From Lytechinus pictus (taxonomy: Eukaryota): a DNA stretch of 64,000 nt. Below are positions 21,711 through 36,400 of the stretch, in pieces. A model generated the notes under the pieces. The model was not told where the DNA came from, did not search any database, and saw nothing but the letters and a program-made list of their open reading frames with translations. The translations under genes were made by a program, and so were the position numbers. Location: NCBI RefSeq assembly GCF_037042905.1, contig NC_087245.1, forward strand, positions 42,286,001 to 42,350,000, given 5' to 3'. Positions within the stretch are counted from its first letter, which is position 1; every line of letters starts with the position of its first letter.

Positions 21711-24230
21711 CATGAAAATGTCCATGAAAAAATGTGAAAACAGTGGCATGAATTTCATAATTTCATATTTTGCAGGTTTACATGTAACTATGAAAATTCA
21801 TCATATCACATTTTGGTTTGTAAAAGCAATCTAGATTATTATAAAGTTGTTTTGTTTGATTCCTTTTTGAAAAAGTTGATTTTAATTTGTGTGAAGAGTA
21901 GGTCATCAGGAAAACACCTCTATAAAAAGTCTGGGTCCTGTATTAAACATAGAGGTTAGTAATTAATCGTACGCTTGATTTTCACGATTGATTGTACATT
22001 GTAGTCAATTGAATTAATCATAGAAAAATGTTCTACGATCATTGCTACGCTTTGTGTAACGGGGCCCCTGGTCACATGACTCATGAAATAATGAGTATAC
22101 ATACATGTATGTAAATACCGGTAGGTGTACATGATGTACAAAGTTTACAGGTATAGAATCCATCAGATTACAATTAAATTTACATGCATGTAGTCCAAGA
22201 TTGTGACATTGCTTCCATCCTTGACATGTACACAGCTCTTTGCGCCATTGAATGTAGACCAACTTTATGTTACCTGAATTCAATAATTAGTGGCCTTGGC
22301 ATTATTGACAAGTGGCATTCCATAGTAGTGCCATCTCCTTTGGAATGGTTGACATGTATACATAATGCATGGAGTTGGAACCCATCCAGAAGTTTAGAAA
22401 AAATGTCAAGCGGGTTGGGCATGTGATGTAGATAATAACACAGGGAATTCAAATACGTGGGCGGGTTTGTGTACATGGGAAGGCTATTGGACGGATGCCA
22501 AAGAGATAGGAAGATAGTGGTGAAGAGAGAGAGAAAGAGAGGGAGGGAGATAGAAAAAGCTTTTAAAAAACGCAAAGTGGTGCACTGAAGCAAACCGGAG
22601 GCTTGAGTTGCTCAGCACATCACTTCATTACGCTATAAATGTACATGTATAGAAGAGCAAGGTTATAAGGTTTGTTGTCATATTGCGTAGTATTCAGTGC
22701 TCCGGTGCATGACTTTATTCATTCATTCATTTTGATAGTATCCAGAAGGACCCATTAGTGTAGAGTGTACTTGTATGATCCATTGGGTAAGCTTTCAGAG
22801 TATTTTGCCTTATTTGACAGATTATCTTCGCTTCATTCGAGCATGTATTTTATTTGCATATTGTTTGTTATGATGAGGCAAATGCGAGCAAAGAAAAAAA
22901 ACAAATAGAAAATGCTCATGTGCAGGAAAGTTCTGCTTAATTTTATTTTTATGGAGTGGTATTTGTTTGAAATTACTGTATGAAGTATGTTGTAAATATA
23001 TAAAGGATGAAAGTCAGTATAGTAGCCAGTGTCTCATTTCAAGGTAGATGTATACCTAGGCTATAGATAAAATAATTTTGATTTCTCATAATGATAATTC
23101 TGTTTTGTCACTCATCTACAGTATAAAGGCCTACATGTAAGCCATTTTATTTTCTATCAATTTCAAGTTGTAATAATTGTTGGGGAAAAAAAATTAATTA
23201 TTTCATTCTCTTTATTGTTTGTTTCTCTTGTTCTTCCCTCCCTCTCTGCCTATTCACAATTCCTGCTGTATTCATCAGTCACCAGAGGACTCCTCTGTTC
23301 AGGACATATCATTTGAATACATTTAACTTTGTGCAGGGAATAATTCTCCTGGTGCCGCATCGCAATTTGCTCCACATTTTTGAAAGACTGCTACCAGTAT
23401 GCATAGTCTTTTGTATAGCATATTTTTACTTAGGAATGTACATTACTTAGTTGAGAGCTTTTTCCTTATGACCAAAAATGCTATTCAAATTTGTAAAGCA
23501 GAATTACTCCTTGTCGTGAAAAATATTTCTTTAACATTGCCTAAGGAAATTTGGACTTTTAGCCGTCCTATCCTGGCCTGACAACTAGACCTATGTTAAT
23601 AAGGACATTTATCATGCAAAAATTATTTGCTGGATTATTAACGAGGTGAAACTTTATAGAAATCCATTTCAAGAGAGTCAAGACACTAAGTCTTAAGGAT
23701 AATAATTTTCTGTGATTCATTGTCACATGCGTGGTCACATGTATGATCACTGTATACTGGTACAGATGTGATTGATTGCAACACAGGATGTTACATGTAG
23801 ATGCTACTGTATAATATACACTGTAAATCTGTAACCAAAACAACTCCCGTGCATTTCCTTCCTTCTTATCCTATATGTAAGCAGCTGATCTTTCATTGGT
23901 TGGTGTTTGTGCAAACTTTTTGTAGATATGTTAGAATATTATAAGGAGGGGATTCCCCACAGAAACTTGTATTAGGAGAGATTTACAACGAAGTCACAAG
24001 ATAATTCCAAGAATCGAATTACCAATGTCGGATTAGCATCAAGTACGTTCAACACTAAACAGTTCAGGAATATTGTTGCTGACTTCTCTCTAACATGCTT
24101 CAGGAATCAAGTTCCTTCTTCAATTCTGATCAATTCTGTATTCCATTTCCCTTTTTTGCCAGATTATTCTTAATGTGCCATTGACAACTAGTAGGATGAG
24201 AGGACTGTAGCCAGCTGCAAATCGGCCAGC

Positions 24231-24410
24231 ATGAATTACGTGGGTCGCCTGATATCGGGGGTGAAAACCTTCTACAGCGAGATCAACCCCGCTACGCTGA
24301 CTGGTGCCATCGATGTCATCGTGGTGAAGCAACCCGATGGCTCCCTTGTCTGTTCTCCATTCCACGTCCGCTTCGGCAAGATGGGCGTCCTTCGGAGCAG
24401 AGAGAAAATC
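24231..24410 (+). CDS. LPIN: Lipin coding exon 1 (acceptor at 24162, so at least one non-coding exon lies upstream)
   Basis: [10 protein letters not shown]...LRSREKI|gtaagt. Confidence 0.95.
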
Positions 24411-27400
24411 GTAAGTATTTTCAACTAATGAGCACAGAATATGGGATATGTAGTCTATGATGACTTTTATAGGTTTAAAGTCTGAAATTAAATTGACTTA
24501 ACTTATTGTTATTTATGTTATTTAAATAACATGGCTCAAATTATGAAGTCAAAGGGGCAAGGCCATTTTAAGTCCATTAAAAAAGTTATCAATATTAAAG
24601 GACAAGTCCACCCTAATAAAAAGTTAATTTGAATAAAAAGAGAAATCCCAACAAACATAACACTGAAAATGTCATCAAAATCGGATGTAAAATTAGAAAG
24701 AACTTTATGACATTTTAAAGTTTTGCTTGATTTCACAAAATAGTTATGCACATCCTGTTCAGTATGTAAATGAGGAGCCTGATGACATCATCCACTCTTA
24801 TATGAAATTTGAAATGTTCTAATTTTCTCCTCATTGTCAAGTGAAGCAATGATTGATTCCTCCCTGAACATGTGGAATTAACATTGGTTAATACTATATG
24901 AAGCAGTCAAGTTGGCCATTATTGTCAAATCTGTAAAAAAAATGAAATAAAAAAAGGTTAGTGAGGGACATCATTGACTGTCTCGTTTGCATGTCACTGA
25001 GTTGTGCATATTAAACTGTTTTGTGAAAAATAACCAAAACTTTACAATGTCATAACTTTCTTATTTTACAACCAATTTTGATCGAATTTTCAGCGTTATG
25101 CTAATTTGATTTTTCGCTATATTTATTCAAATTAACATTATTCTGGGGTGGACTTGACCTTTAAGTACTTTCCAATGGGACACATACACTGGATGGCTAT
25201 AAGTCACCAATTCCACTGGCAAAAAGGGCATGCTAGTGTGGTCTTACAGTCTGCAAATATTGGAAGGGCATCAATTCCATATATCTGATGGTTTTGAAGG
25301 CCATTATCTTGGATGGCATTTGGATTAATTTGAGCACTGATGTAAGGTGTGGGAACTGATTTAAGAGACTTTAATAGAGGGAGTATGAAAAACAGGTAAT
25401 TTTTGCATTGAGGTTGGAGTATGGAAAACTGGTAATTTTTGCATTAAAAAATAATCAGGAACTCATGATAACCGACCCCCCCCAAAAAAAAAGATACCAC
25501 ATGTACATTTGGTAGGATTCTGATATGATGATTCAGTCCACTCATGTGTCTCGTTGCTGTCTTCAACTATTGTGATTTTTTTTTGTTTATAGTTGCTAGA
25601 TCTACTTTATAGAAACAAATTAACAGGTTATCAATAACAAGTATGTTTTACTGCACAAAACCTCGTACAGCGGCTATTTTTGCTTATTTATTTTTGTTCT
25701 AAAATCAGATAGCAGATTAGCAAAATCCACACCAATATAGTAACGTCAGCATCTCCTTATCTCAACATTGGCCCCGACAATTTATCAACAAAATCCACAA
25801 ACATAGATAGAAGGATGCTTTGTGTTTCAGTGATATATGTATTTTTTGTACGAGAAACCAAACTGGCAACGTGACTGTCAATTGAAGTAAAGTTTGTGAG
25901 ACCATAGTACAAGTAGGGATTCAGGGAAATGATTCAAATCATAAATTTTGATTATGGTAGCCATTTGGATTGATAAAGAAAAGATTTGAAATTAAATTTA
26001 CACTCCAATGTATTAAGGTTTGTTAAGTTCATTTTGTGTAACAAATTTTAGTGCTGCAATCATATAATAATGCAAAGCACATTGTGGTACAATACCAAGA
26101 AATTATTTAAAAAATTTGTATTTTCTATCTGTAACATGATTATTACAATACATCACAGTATATAATCTTTAAGCATTTATTATACGTGTAGTGTGCCCTA
26201 CATCATACATGTATATATTAATAGGTAACCAAGAAATTAGTAGCTGAACTAGTCTCAGATAATCTGATGAATATTACGTGTATGTTTTGTTATTGTCTGC
26301 AATTTGCAATGTAAATTTAACTTTTTAAAGCATTCTGCTCTCTGGAAATTGAAAGTTTGCGGTTATCATGAGGAGATGGAGTTTCTAAATGTAATTATAG
26401 ACACATTAAATTCAAGCGTTATCTGGTAATTACATGAGAATGAAATCAATTAGGAGAGATAGGATGTGGCATCTCCTTCTAATGGGGATGAAGTCAGGAA
26501 GTAAATAACCCAATACAAGGATTTAATAGATTATTTTAATATCCACACACAACATGCAATTCAGCACTTCATGAATTGGTAAATTTGGTAGATGTGTTAA
26601 AGTGTAATGTGCATGCAGAAAAGTAATCTGTATGCAGTCCTTGTACATTGTACACAGAGGATGACTTTGCAAACTAATATGAATGACCCACTAGCAACTA
26701 CTTTGTGCAAGAAGTGAAAATCAAATTGATATTACGCCCTTGCTGACCTGCCAACCAGTACGTTTTAGCCGTATTTAGTACGTTTTTGCAACCAAAATAC
26801 AGCAGTACATTTATTCTTTAAAAAATATGTTTTTTGTATTAATAAAAAAAAAATATATATATATATATTTTTATTGTTTTTTATTTTTTACAAAATCGTA
26901 ATTTATTGAGAAAAAGCATCTCTATATGTCTCTATTTCGTAAAACGTACACAAATATGGTTATTGGATCAATGTAATTTCAGGTAACTTGTTTTTTTTCA
27001 ATCATTTTGTAAAAACCAGGGTGAGATATACACAAGTTTCAATGGTTTTTTTTTTTCATCTGCAAGAGCAGTGCGCATTTTAGCTTGCATGCAGCTTGAG
27101 CGCCGTGATGGGCGAGTGTGCCAAGCTTTTTATTATGAAATACACTTTTTTGGGGAAAAATACAAAATATTTATCTCACACGGTAAAAATACTGATTTTT
27201 TGTCAAAAGTCTGATTTGGGGGGATAAGAATACTGAAAATGCAAAATACAACTTGGCAGCTCTGCCCTTGTGACTCTTGCAGGACGGGTAATCTTAATAT
27301 TCCCTCATTACATAAAAATATGTACACACATTTATGCACCTTACACTTGCACGTGACAAGGTCAGTTTACTGCAAATGTTGCTCATTCATTGGAAGATTA

Positions 27401-30400
27401 AAAATGAACGTGCAAATATCATTGATTGCATGATATGCTGAACAAAATAGAAAATCCTAAAATTGTTAGCAATTTTCTGCAGAATTATTGTATGACAGCC
27501 TTGTGTCATTCTTCAATCAATCTCTTTTATTCATTTTGTTTAACTCAACTTTACAGGTTGATATTCAAATCAACGGGGAGCCTGTGGATCTTTACATGAA
27601 GCTCGGAGAAAGTGGTGAAGCTTTCTTTGTGGAAGAAATGGAGGAAGAGGTATGTCTCCATTATATTTTCCTTGAATAAATTGTAGTAAATGGTGAAAAT
27701 GGAGGCAAAAGAAGTAAAAGGTTTTATAAAAGTAGTTGCCGATGTACTTTGTCCTTAGATGGACAGCTTGATGTTCTACTGTAGATTATTATGAATTGGT
27801 CATTGCAGATTTTTCTTGAATTTATGAAACCGATGAAGTCATCATCATTGATGTAGCCTTGCTGAAGCGATTGAGGTGAAGTAGAGCAAGGATATCAGGC
27901 TTTGCAGTTTAGGTCACTTAAACCACATAGCAATTGGTAATTTCTAAACTAGTTTTGTTTTGTCACATGACAACACGTACTCACACCGCAGACAGAGGAA
28001 ATGGCATAAATGCTTGCAGTGGTGCAGAGTATTGAACAACTTTAATCTTTTCATAAAAGTTGCAAAATGGATGTTATTTCCTTGTTGCCAATGACTATCC
28101 ATCTACTGATAAAGTCTGATAATGAAGCGAAAGCACTTGAGATGGATAGAGGTTGAAACATTAGGTTTCTTGTTCTCACTATTAAGATCCTTTGAAATAA
28201 AGTATTATCCTTTTTCAAAGGTCAATGATGATATAGTGTTTTGATTATTTTTTTCTTTAAATGATGGACATTTATTTATAGGGGAAATATTCTTAATAAC
28301 TATTTTTCTTGTATTCATCCTGCAGGACACTGTCCCTGAGCACCTTGCAACCTCCCCTATCCCCTCCTCAGAGAACCTCTTTGAAGAGGGTATGAAAGAG
28401 CTTCACATCCAGAGACCATCCCGCCACTCACGCTCCGAGACAGAGAGCAGTCGTGATTCAGAGCCGACCATTAAGACCATGAGCTCAGCCAGTCTGCGGG
28501 GAAGCAGTTCCCAGCCTCTTGGTAAAGAGGTGGACATGCACTCAGTGGGAGAAAAACTTGCTGATATCAGCCTCGAAGCCTCAGGGCCAGGTATAAAAGC
28601 CAAAGAGAAGAAGCTGACAAAGACAAAGAACTCCTTGAAGACCCTTCAGGATGTGGAAGCAGGTTCGAGCCAGGAGGAGGACGTGTCGTCCAAAGTTGAA
28701 CAAAGACTCGGTGCAGGGTCAAGCCCTCACACGACGGAGAGCATTGCAATAGAAACTGAATCCAAAGCGAACAACTCAAGGAGCAGGATTCGTGCCAAAA
28801 GGCGGCGGAGGAAAAGCGGGAAGGGCGGCAAGAGCGAGAAGACTCCGCCGCAAAACAGTAACGTCAGGAGAGTAGCTACAATGTCAGAATCCAGCACGTC
28901 ATCTTCGCAGCATTCCGATGAAGAGTTGGAAGGCATCTTTCCCATCGATGACGTCGAGGGCGATGAAAAAGACGACCATCAGGTAGATCGTCCAGTCAGC
29001 TTGGTGGCCGATGAATTTGTGTCTCGCGAGGATTGGAACAATCTCACTACCCCAACACAAAGACCTTTCCATGTCTTCTCTGACGGAGACTACACACCAA
29101 TCGTCAGGTTTGTGGTTTTAATAGTATTATTTTGAATTCACTTCCTTTGATAAGGAAATGTAATACAAAGCAATTCTATGCAAGTACATGATGGCAAGTG
29201 ATAAACTATGTAAGTTATGATGACGAGCTCAAATGCCCTTCAAGTTTGGCGTTTTCGGTATTTCTATTTTTTCTACTGTAACTGCCTGTCTCAGTATTAT
29301 TGAATCTCTTTGTGTAATACGTTATGAAGCCTTTTTGATTTTCCAATTCTTTCTGTCTACAATAACCAAAAGTTCCTGGATGTAGCTCATGCTGTGTACT
29401 GGTGTGACCCAGTAACTTCTGGTAGCTTGAAGGTAAGAATAGTATACAACGAGAGGGATAGCGCAAGTAGCGGGTGTTACAATGTTCCTCCTTGAAATGT
29501 ATTTAAGAAGAGATTTAGAATGGGTATGAAAGTGGATGCGACTAGACTAGCTGTAACTACAGTACAAGCATACGGGAAGTTGGATCATACATCACTGAAC
29601 AAGAAAGTAGATATTCTTGTTCAGTGCACAAAGTAAATGGCAAATTTACGCCATGCACTACATGCAATAACTTATGGTTATTGCCGATAGCACGAATTGA
29701 CATTTTTTTACCGTTCCCTGTGTCACACAGCCCCCAGGCCACCCGTCCATCCACACCAAAGAGCGACACAGAAGCCGATCATCTACGGCAGTCAAACCTG
29801 AGGCAAGCCAACAAGGCAGCCGGAGTGGACAAGTTTGAGTGGAACTGGGGAGAACTGCCAGAGGTAAATAAACACCCTCGCTAGCCCCCACCCTCACATT
29901 CTCTGTCTCTCACCCATCTATGATCTGAATTTTAACTGCTCTACTTTAAATAACATGAATAAATTGTAAAAGTCGGCTCTGAAATAGTGCACTTTATCAG
30001 GGAAGCACTCCATGAAGCAAATAATAAATGATTTTCAGTTTCACTGACTATTTTTCCTTGAGCCAATCGTATGCAAGGATTTCAGTAGCTTGTGACAAAT
30101 AGTCAGTGAAAGTTACTATGTGTTTTATGACATGTTTTTTTTTTAGAAGTAGCATCTTCAGAAGTAGCGTTGTTGATGGGAAATTATGGTAATAGGTTAT
30201 GAACATGGGGAAAGTGATGCATGGGTAATACTTTTTTATTCCCTGTGAAATGCCCCCTTGCCCTAATCCTCCCCCGGATACTCTTTGACAAGGCTCGAAT
30301 AGGGCAGTGTATGATAGAGTTGGACAAATCTAAACTAAAGGCTTAAAGGCATTGTGTAATTTCTACCATTAAAAAAAAAAAAAATCATATTTGTGGATGT

Positions 30401-33400
30401 GACTGTTAAAAAAGAGATATGTTAGGAGTGGAGTTAGAAATTCATACAATAATCGCTCTTGACATTTGTTGTCATAAAATCCTCATTTCATGCTTCTAAT
30501 ACCCATCAGGCTTCAATACATTTTGCACAATGGCAGTGACTTAATGATAGAATTGTGAGCAGTCATGGGACTGTTGGTTTCATGAAAGCTTTTAGCACTG
30601 ACAAGTTGTCACTATCTGACAGTTACCATAGCAACAGTCTTACACCTGTTTCTCAGCCAATCAAAACCAAGGAAAGTATTTAGATCTGAGGACTTGTCAG
30701 GTAATAAAAGTTGATGAAACCCTTTCTAGAACTTGAGTTTTTCCCTGACTGACATAAATTCTATTGAATAGTTATTGGGGTTAATTTATTAATTTTTTAT
30801 GAACTTTAATAATGTGGAAAGAGAAAAATAAAACACAGATGAAGAAAAAAATATACTGGATGATACAAATGCATTTTAATCTAGAATGCCTTGGGAGTAT
30901 TTCATGGGTAAAAAATAGTCCCAGTGACTTTCACTGACAATTGTTATTTTATAAGCTACTTAAATCCCTGTAGCTCATTTGTTGAGAACTCATTACTTGG
31001 TGAAAATCACCCATCATGTAAAAAATTAATTTTTCATTTTCGGGAGGCTATTTTTTTACAACCAGTATAATTCCTTAATATTGTAAAGTATTAGGTATGT
31101 TCTATGGATACAGGGGAGTGGAAGGTTGATTTGTTCAAATGCCTAACAGTCGCCACCATTTATGCATGACATTCTTTCTCTCACTCATACTGCCTAACCA
31201 TCATATATACTCATTTCAACCTGATCATGTGTGTAATATCCTATAGCGAACGGTCTCTCAGCCCACCATTAGTATTCAGATATCTGCGGTGGAATCCATC
31301 TCTAAGGTACATCATTCATTCAGCCTCGGTGGTTTGCTTGCTTGCTACGTTCCTGCTTGCTGCTTGTGGAGTTTATCTTGCTTTGTGTTTATTACTTTAC
31401 ATTGATGGAAATTTAGTTATGTAGAAAATCTGTTTAAACTTCATTATACATGTATCTGATTATGAGAAGTTTAATTTGTCATAAAGATACATGTACTTAT
31501 TGTAAAATGAGAGGAGATAGAGAAAGGAAGGAAGAAAGAAGGAAGAAAAGAAAGAAACAAGAAAGGAATGAAGGTAGGAGTAAACAAAGAAGAATCAAAG
31601 AATTCTAAAACAAATGAAGGAAGGAAAAGAAGGAGAAGATGGTAAGATACATCCTAACATAATTGATTTATTTTTATGGCCCATAAAAGACTACTTTTAG
31701 ACTACGGGACATGTTTTTTTCATTGTGAGTTATATTTTTATTGCTTTCAGAAATCAAGATCTTTGTTTCAGTCTCAAGTCAGCCTGCATTTTCCTTCCTT
31801 TCTCTTTCCCTTTTGTGTTGTTATCATACATTTTGTTTTGCTTTTGCCAGCAATGGTTGCATGCATGAGCGTTATGTGGTTATCATCTTTACTTTGAAAT
31901 GTTTGTTATTTCCGTTAGACTTGTTGACATGATGCTTGCTGTATTGAAGTTTCTTTCTTTGAAAACGTTCTTTTATTAAATAATCTGGTTTTGATTAAAG
32001 TCTTGACAATGAGTTGCCCATTCCATGTCCATCTGTATGCTACAACCCTGTAAATGTGCATTGATTAGAAAGTGTTGCACAGTCATGCATATTGCATAAT
32101 TCCTTCATATTCAGTTGCAAAAGGTACTTTCGTAGTTTAGATGTTGCCTTGTTACTTTTATTTAACCAGTGGTAGTTTATGGTATTTATTTTAAATATCA
32201 GAAAAAAACATGAATTATCTTGATCAATTCTTTTCAAAGTTTTGATTCGTTGGTCAGTGAATGTCAGAGTATTCCACAATTTTTCATTGTTCTTTTCTTT
32301 TTGACAGCAAAAAGATTTTTCATTGCCCATCTGATTATTAAGCAGTAGCCTTGCATGTTATGTTCATTGTATCTGTAGAGGATCACATTGAAGTATAAAC
32401 AACATAAGGATATTATATAGTGTGCCATTGAATAGGCTACTATATATTGGGCGCCTTCATAAATGCTATTATTTTTAATTTTATGATTATATACACAAAC
32501 ACTATGGGGACTAACATTGAAAATGCCAGGCTAGTGACATCATTATACTTTTGGTGGATACCTGCTACGTCAGTCTGTTAAATTCTTTAATACGATACCT
32601 TCTCCCTCTTGTCTGTGTAGCAACCATCGGATAACAAGAGCACCCAGCCCTCCACCACCCCCTCCTCCACCTCTCAGGGCAAGGGGGAGGAGAAGAAAGC
32701 CTCCATCTGGAGCAAGATCTTCAGCAGCAAGAACGAGGATCCACGAGAGGGCGGAATGTATCTCCAGGATCTGGCCTCGGAAGAGGTCGACCCTGAGGTC
32801 TATGCACTCTACTTTCCAGAAAGGTACACCATAATTACCCCTCCTCCCACAACGAATGAATTTAATACCACCCTAGAATTGTTCTCTGAACGCATCAATT
32901 ATTAAACTAGGGGAACATTTCAAGAAAGGACTCATCGCATGTTTTTTTCAGTCATTGTAAAAGTCAGATATCTGAGCTTCTCAGCCAATCAAAAATCAGA
33001 GAATGGTTTCAGAACCGACTACTTGCTGATGAAACACTTTCCAGATACATGTAAGATGTATTGCTAGTGATTCAGCCTTGAAGTATAAAGTAGCCATCTT
33101 AAAAAGTTAACAATGTTATGGAATAGGTGACTCTGCCCTAGTCTAATCTCTTGTGACCAGAGAAATCTCTTTGATGATATCAACAAATGTTTTGCATATT
33201 GTGGATTAAAGTTTATGCTTTGAGTCAGGCGATAATGTGACCTATGGAAGGTCAACTTTTGCAGGGTCTACTGTACCTGCAGTTGTACCTTTCTGTAAGC
33301 ATCGACCCTAATGACTTTTGAATCTCTGACTTTCAGCTCCCAGGTCCCAGGAAACCGCATCAGGGCCATCCAGGAAGTCAAAGACGAGGACAAGTCGTCC

Positions 33401-36400
33401 GACCTTGGCAACTCACTACCTCAGTCGCCGAACACTGTCGGGGTTAGCGACTCGGAATCACACCACAGTACTACAGACTCTCATCACAGTGCATCGGACC
33501 TTCACCATGGCATGGAGTCCAGCCAAGGCTGCGCTGATACAATGTAAGTTCAACATTTATATCTTCTTGATTTAAATCATTAATGTAAAAAAAATGGTAA
33601 AATCAGGTTTTTCAAATTAAAAATGAAACCCAGGTATTTTCCCAGATTTTGACCGGGGAGCATTTCATGAAATCCTGATTTATCTAACAGTTACCATAGT
33701 AACAGTGCTTCCTAAAATCAAATTCAAGGAAAATTGGCAGATACAACAATTTGCTGGACACATTATGTTAATGAAACGATCTCCAGGAGTTGGTAAAGGA
33801 TGCATTGATTGATACGATGTTAGTTCTACATTTCTAATATATTTTGATAAAATAAATTAGCCCAAATCTAGACTCCAGTTTAACTTAAATGGTCTAAAGC
33901 TATGGCTTAACTATGGAAAGCCAACCATGACACAAAAATCTATAAGCACATTTTAAATGTATCAGCTCTTTTGAAATCAAATCCATCAAAACTGTATGGA
34001 AATGACAAATAGAATTGTATTCGTCATCATTAAATGCATGGGCAAGAGAAATAGTAATCATGAGAAATATACAATATTAAAAATGGGACAATTTTAACTT
34101 CCCAATAGTTTTGCACAAAATTAGACCATGGTTTAAGTAAACCGGGACCTGAGAATATGGGCCTGTATGTTTAATAATTATAAATTCAGGATTTTTAAAT
34201 GAAAAAAGTCCCCAGCAGGTTATTTTCCAGTTTTTTTATTAGATAATATATTTTATGCCGTAAAGCTGTTTTCCCCCTTCAAACTTGGTGATGTTGACAT
34301 GAATTGCTTTATCAACTGATACTTGATGCAACATTGTATGTCTCAGTCTTTGGTTAATTTGTGTGTTTTATATTTTACAGGGAGTACCTTCGAGGGATGG
34401 AACTCTCGCTTTGTGGAGGACTCAAAGAAGATGAAGATACCATAGAATTGGGTAAGTGCTGTCAGATAGTTGTAAGAGAAGGGCTTCAGCAGATGAGGAT
34501 GGGAGAGGCAAGCCATTGTGCCATTCGTGTACTAACCCTGTCTGAATGAAGGGGGGGGGGGTAGTCTGTAGTTGTCCTTCACAGCAGACAAGAATTGTAG
34601 GGGCAAGCCAGTCATGTGTTAATACCAAATCTGAATGAGGAAGGAGGGGGGGGGGGGGAGTAATCTGCAGTTGGTGTCCACAGGAGACTAACACAAATAC
34701 AACTTATTGTTCCAACGGACCTTCTGTGTGCACATTACTGGCAGAGACTTGAGGCTGCATAGTGGGTTCCGTGACATTTGCTTCATCATGGCAAAGTAGA
34801 GGGGGAAAAGCTGCAAGTCCCCCTTCAACATTTCATAGGATATGGCCACAACAGTCAAAGTAACAGACACAGTGTGTCATGACAACGCTTCTAAGTTCTG
34901 CACTATTTCGTACCTCATGTAACTGATGCTGACATTGTATCACATCTCCCAAACCAACCTCAGTTCTTATTGTTTGTCCCCCTCAATTTTAACCTGTCTT
35001 TACAGATCATTTTAAGAAGCACCTGATAAGCTATGAGGAATTCATAAAGGAGCCAAACATGTTGGCCAATCCTAAGCTGGTGATCAGAATCAATAATAAG
35101 TTCTTTAACTGGCAGATGGCTGGACCTATTATAATCTCACAGCTTGCCTTCCAGAAACCTCTACCAGTCGTAAGTTCCTCCTTCAATTCAATTTCCATTT
35201 GACCAAATTAAGGTCTTCACCCACATGAACCAAGCATCATTCAGCACTTTAAATATAGCTCTAAAAACTTTGGAATGACATATCTAAGCGCTCTACAGAT
35301 ATATCATTTCTCCATTACCGGTTATCAGATTCTGGCTATATGTAAATGAATTTTATGTGCCAGTTTACCTGTTTCAAATGATAGAGTTTGCTTCATGGGA
35401 GGGAAGTTTGTTCCATTGTCCTTAGGGGGTGCTGGAGAAAATATTTATCCTTCTAATGGTTCGTGCATAAATGATTGTTAACCCTAAAATGGCCGGGGGG
35501 GGGTTGAATCAACCCCCCCCTCAACATTTTCTGCGATCATTCCGCCGCGCGAATTTTTTTGACCGCGCCACTCGCAGAGTTTATACTTTTAAGTCTTGCG
35601 CATCTTTTGAGACCAAATTTACGACGCCCGGGTACGCGGTTCCGAAATTACGCAACATTTTGTAAGTGCATGTCAGACCCAAAATTGTTCCAAAACGTGA
35701 TTTTGTGTACAAAGTCAATGCAAATTGAGTTTTCTCATCTTATTCATAAAGATATGATTATTTTTACTTTAAACAGCTGAAAGCAATTGATTTTAGCATA
35801 ATTATGCTTCAAAAAGGTTGTGCAATAAATCTGGTGAAAAAAACAAAGAAAAACAAAAGGTTGAAAAACAAAGAAATACATAAGAAATTCATAAAACAAT
35901 AAAATACATAAGAAATTGATTTCCAAACCGAAGTTTTTTTCAATTGCCATTGTTAAGAATGCTACAAGGAATATTTTTACCAAAAATTAGCATTCTAGGA
36001 GCTTTATTTAGTGAATTAGAGCAAAAAGTATGATTTATGCATACATTAGCATAATTAATTCATATAAAATAAAATCTCATTATTTTAGAAAATTTTACCA
36101 TACAGCCTTGTAGATTACATCGCACACTACCAGCGTGCAAATTTTTGCGGCGCTCGCTCGATCGGCGGCCGAGATCTCAGGGGGGGGTTGAATCAACCCC
36201 CCCCCGGCCACAGAACAGCCAAAAAAGCCCGGCCTAGTTAGGGTTAAAGGAGAATGAAACCCTTGAAACCAGCTGAATCCATATCTAAGAGAAAAATCAA
36301 AGAAACATAGTTGAAAGTTTGAGGAAGATTGAATGAATAATAAGAAAGTTATGAGCATTTGAATATTGAGATCACTAATGCCATGTAGATCCTCCCATTG

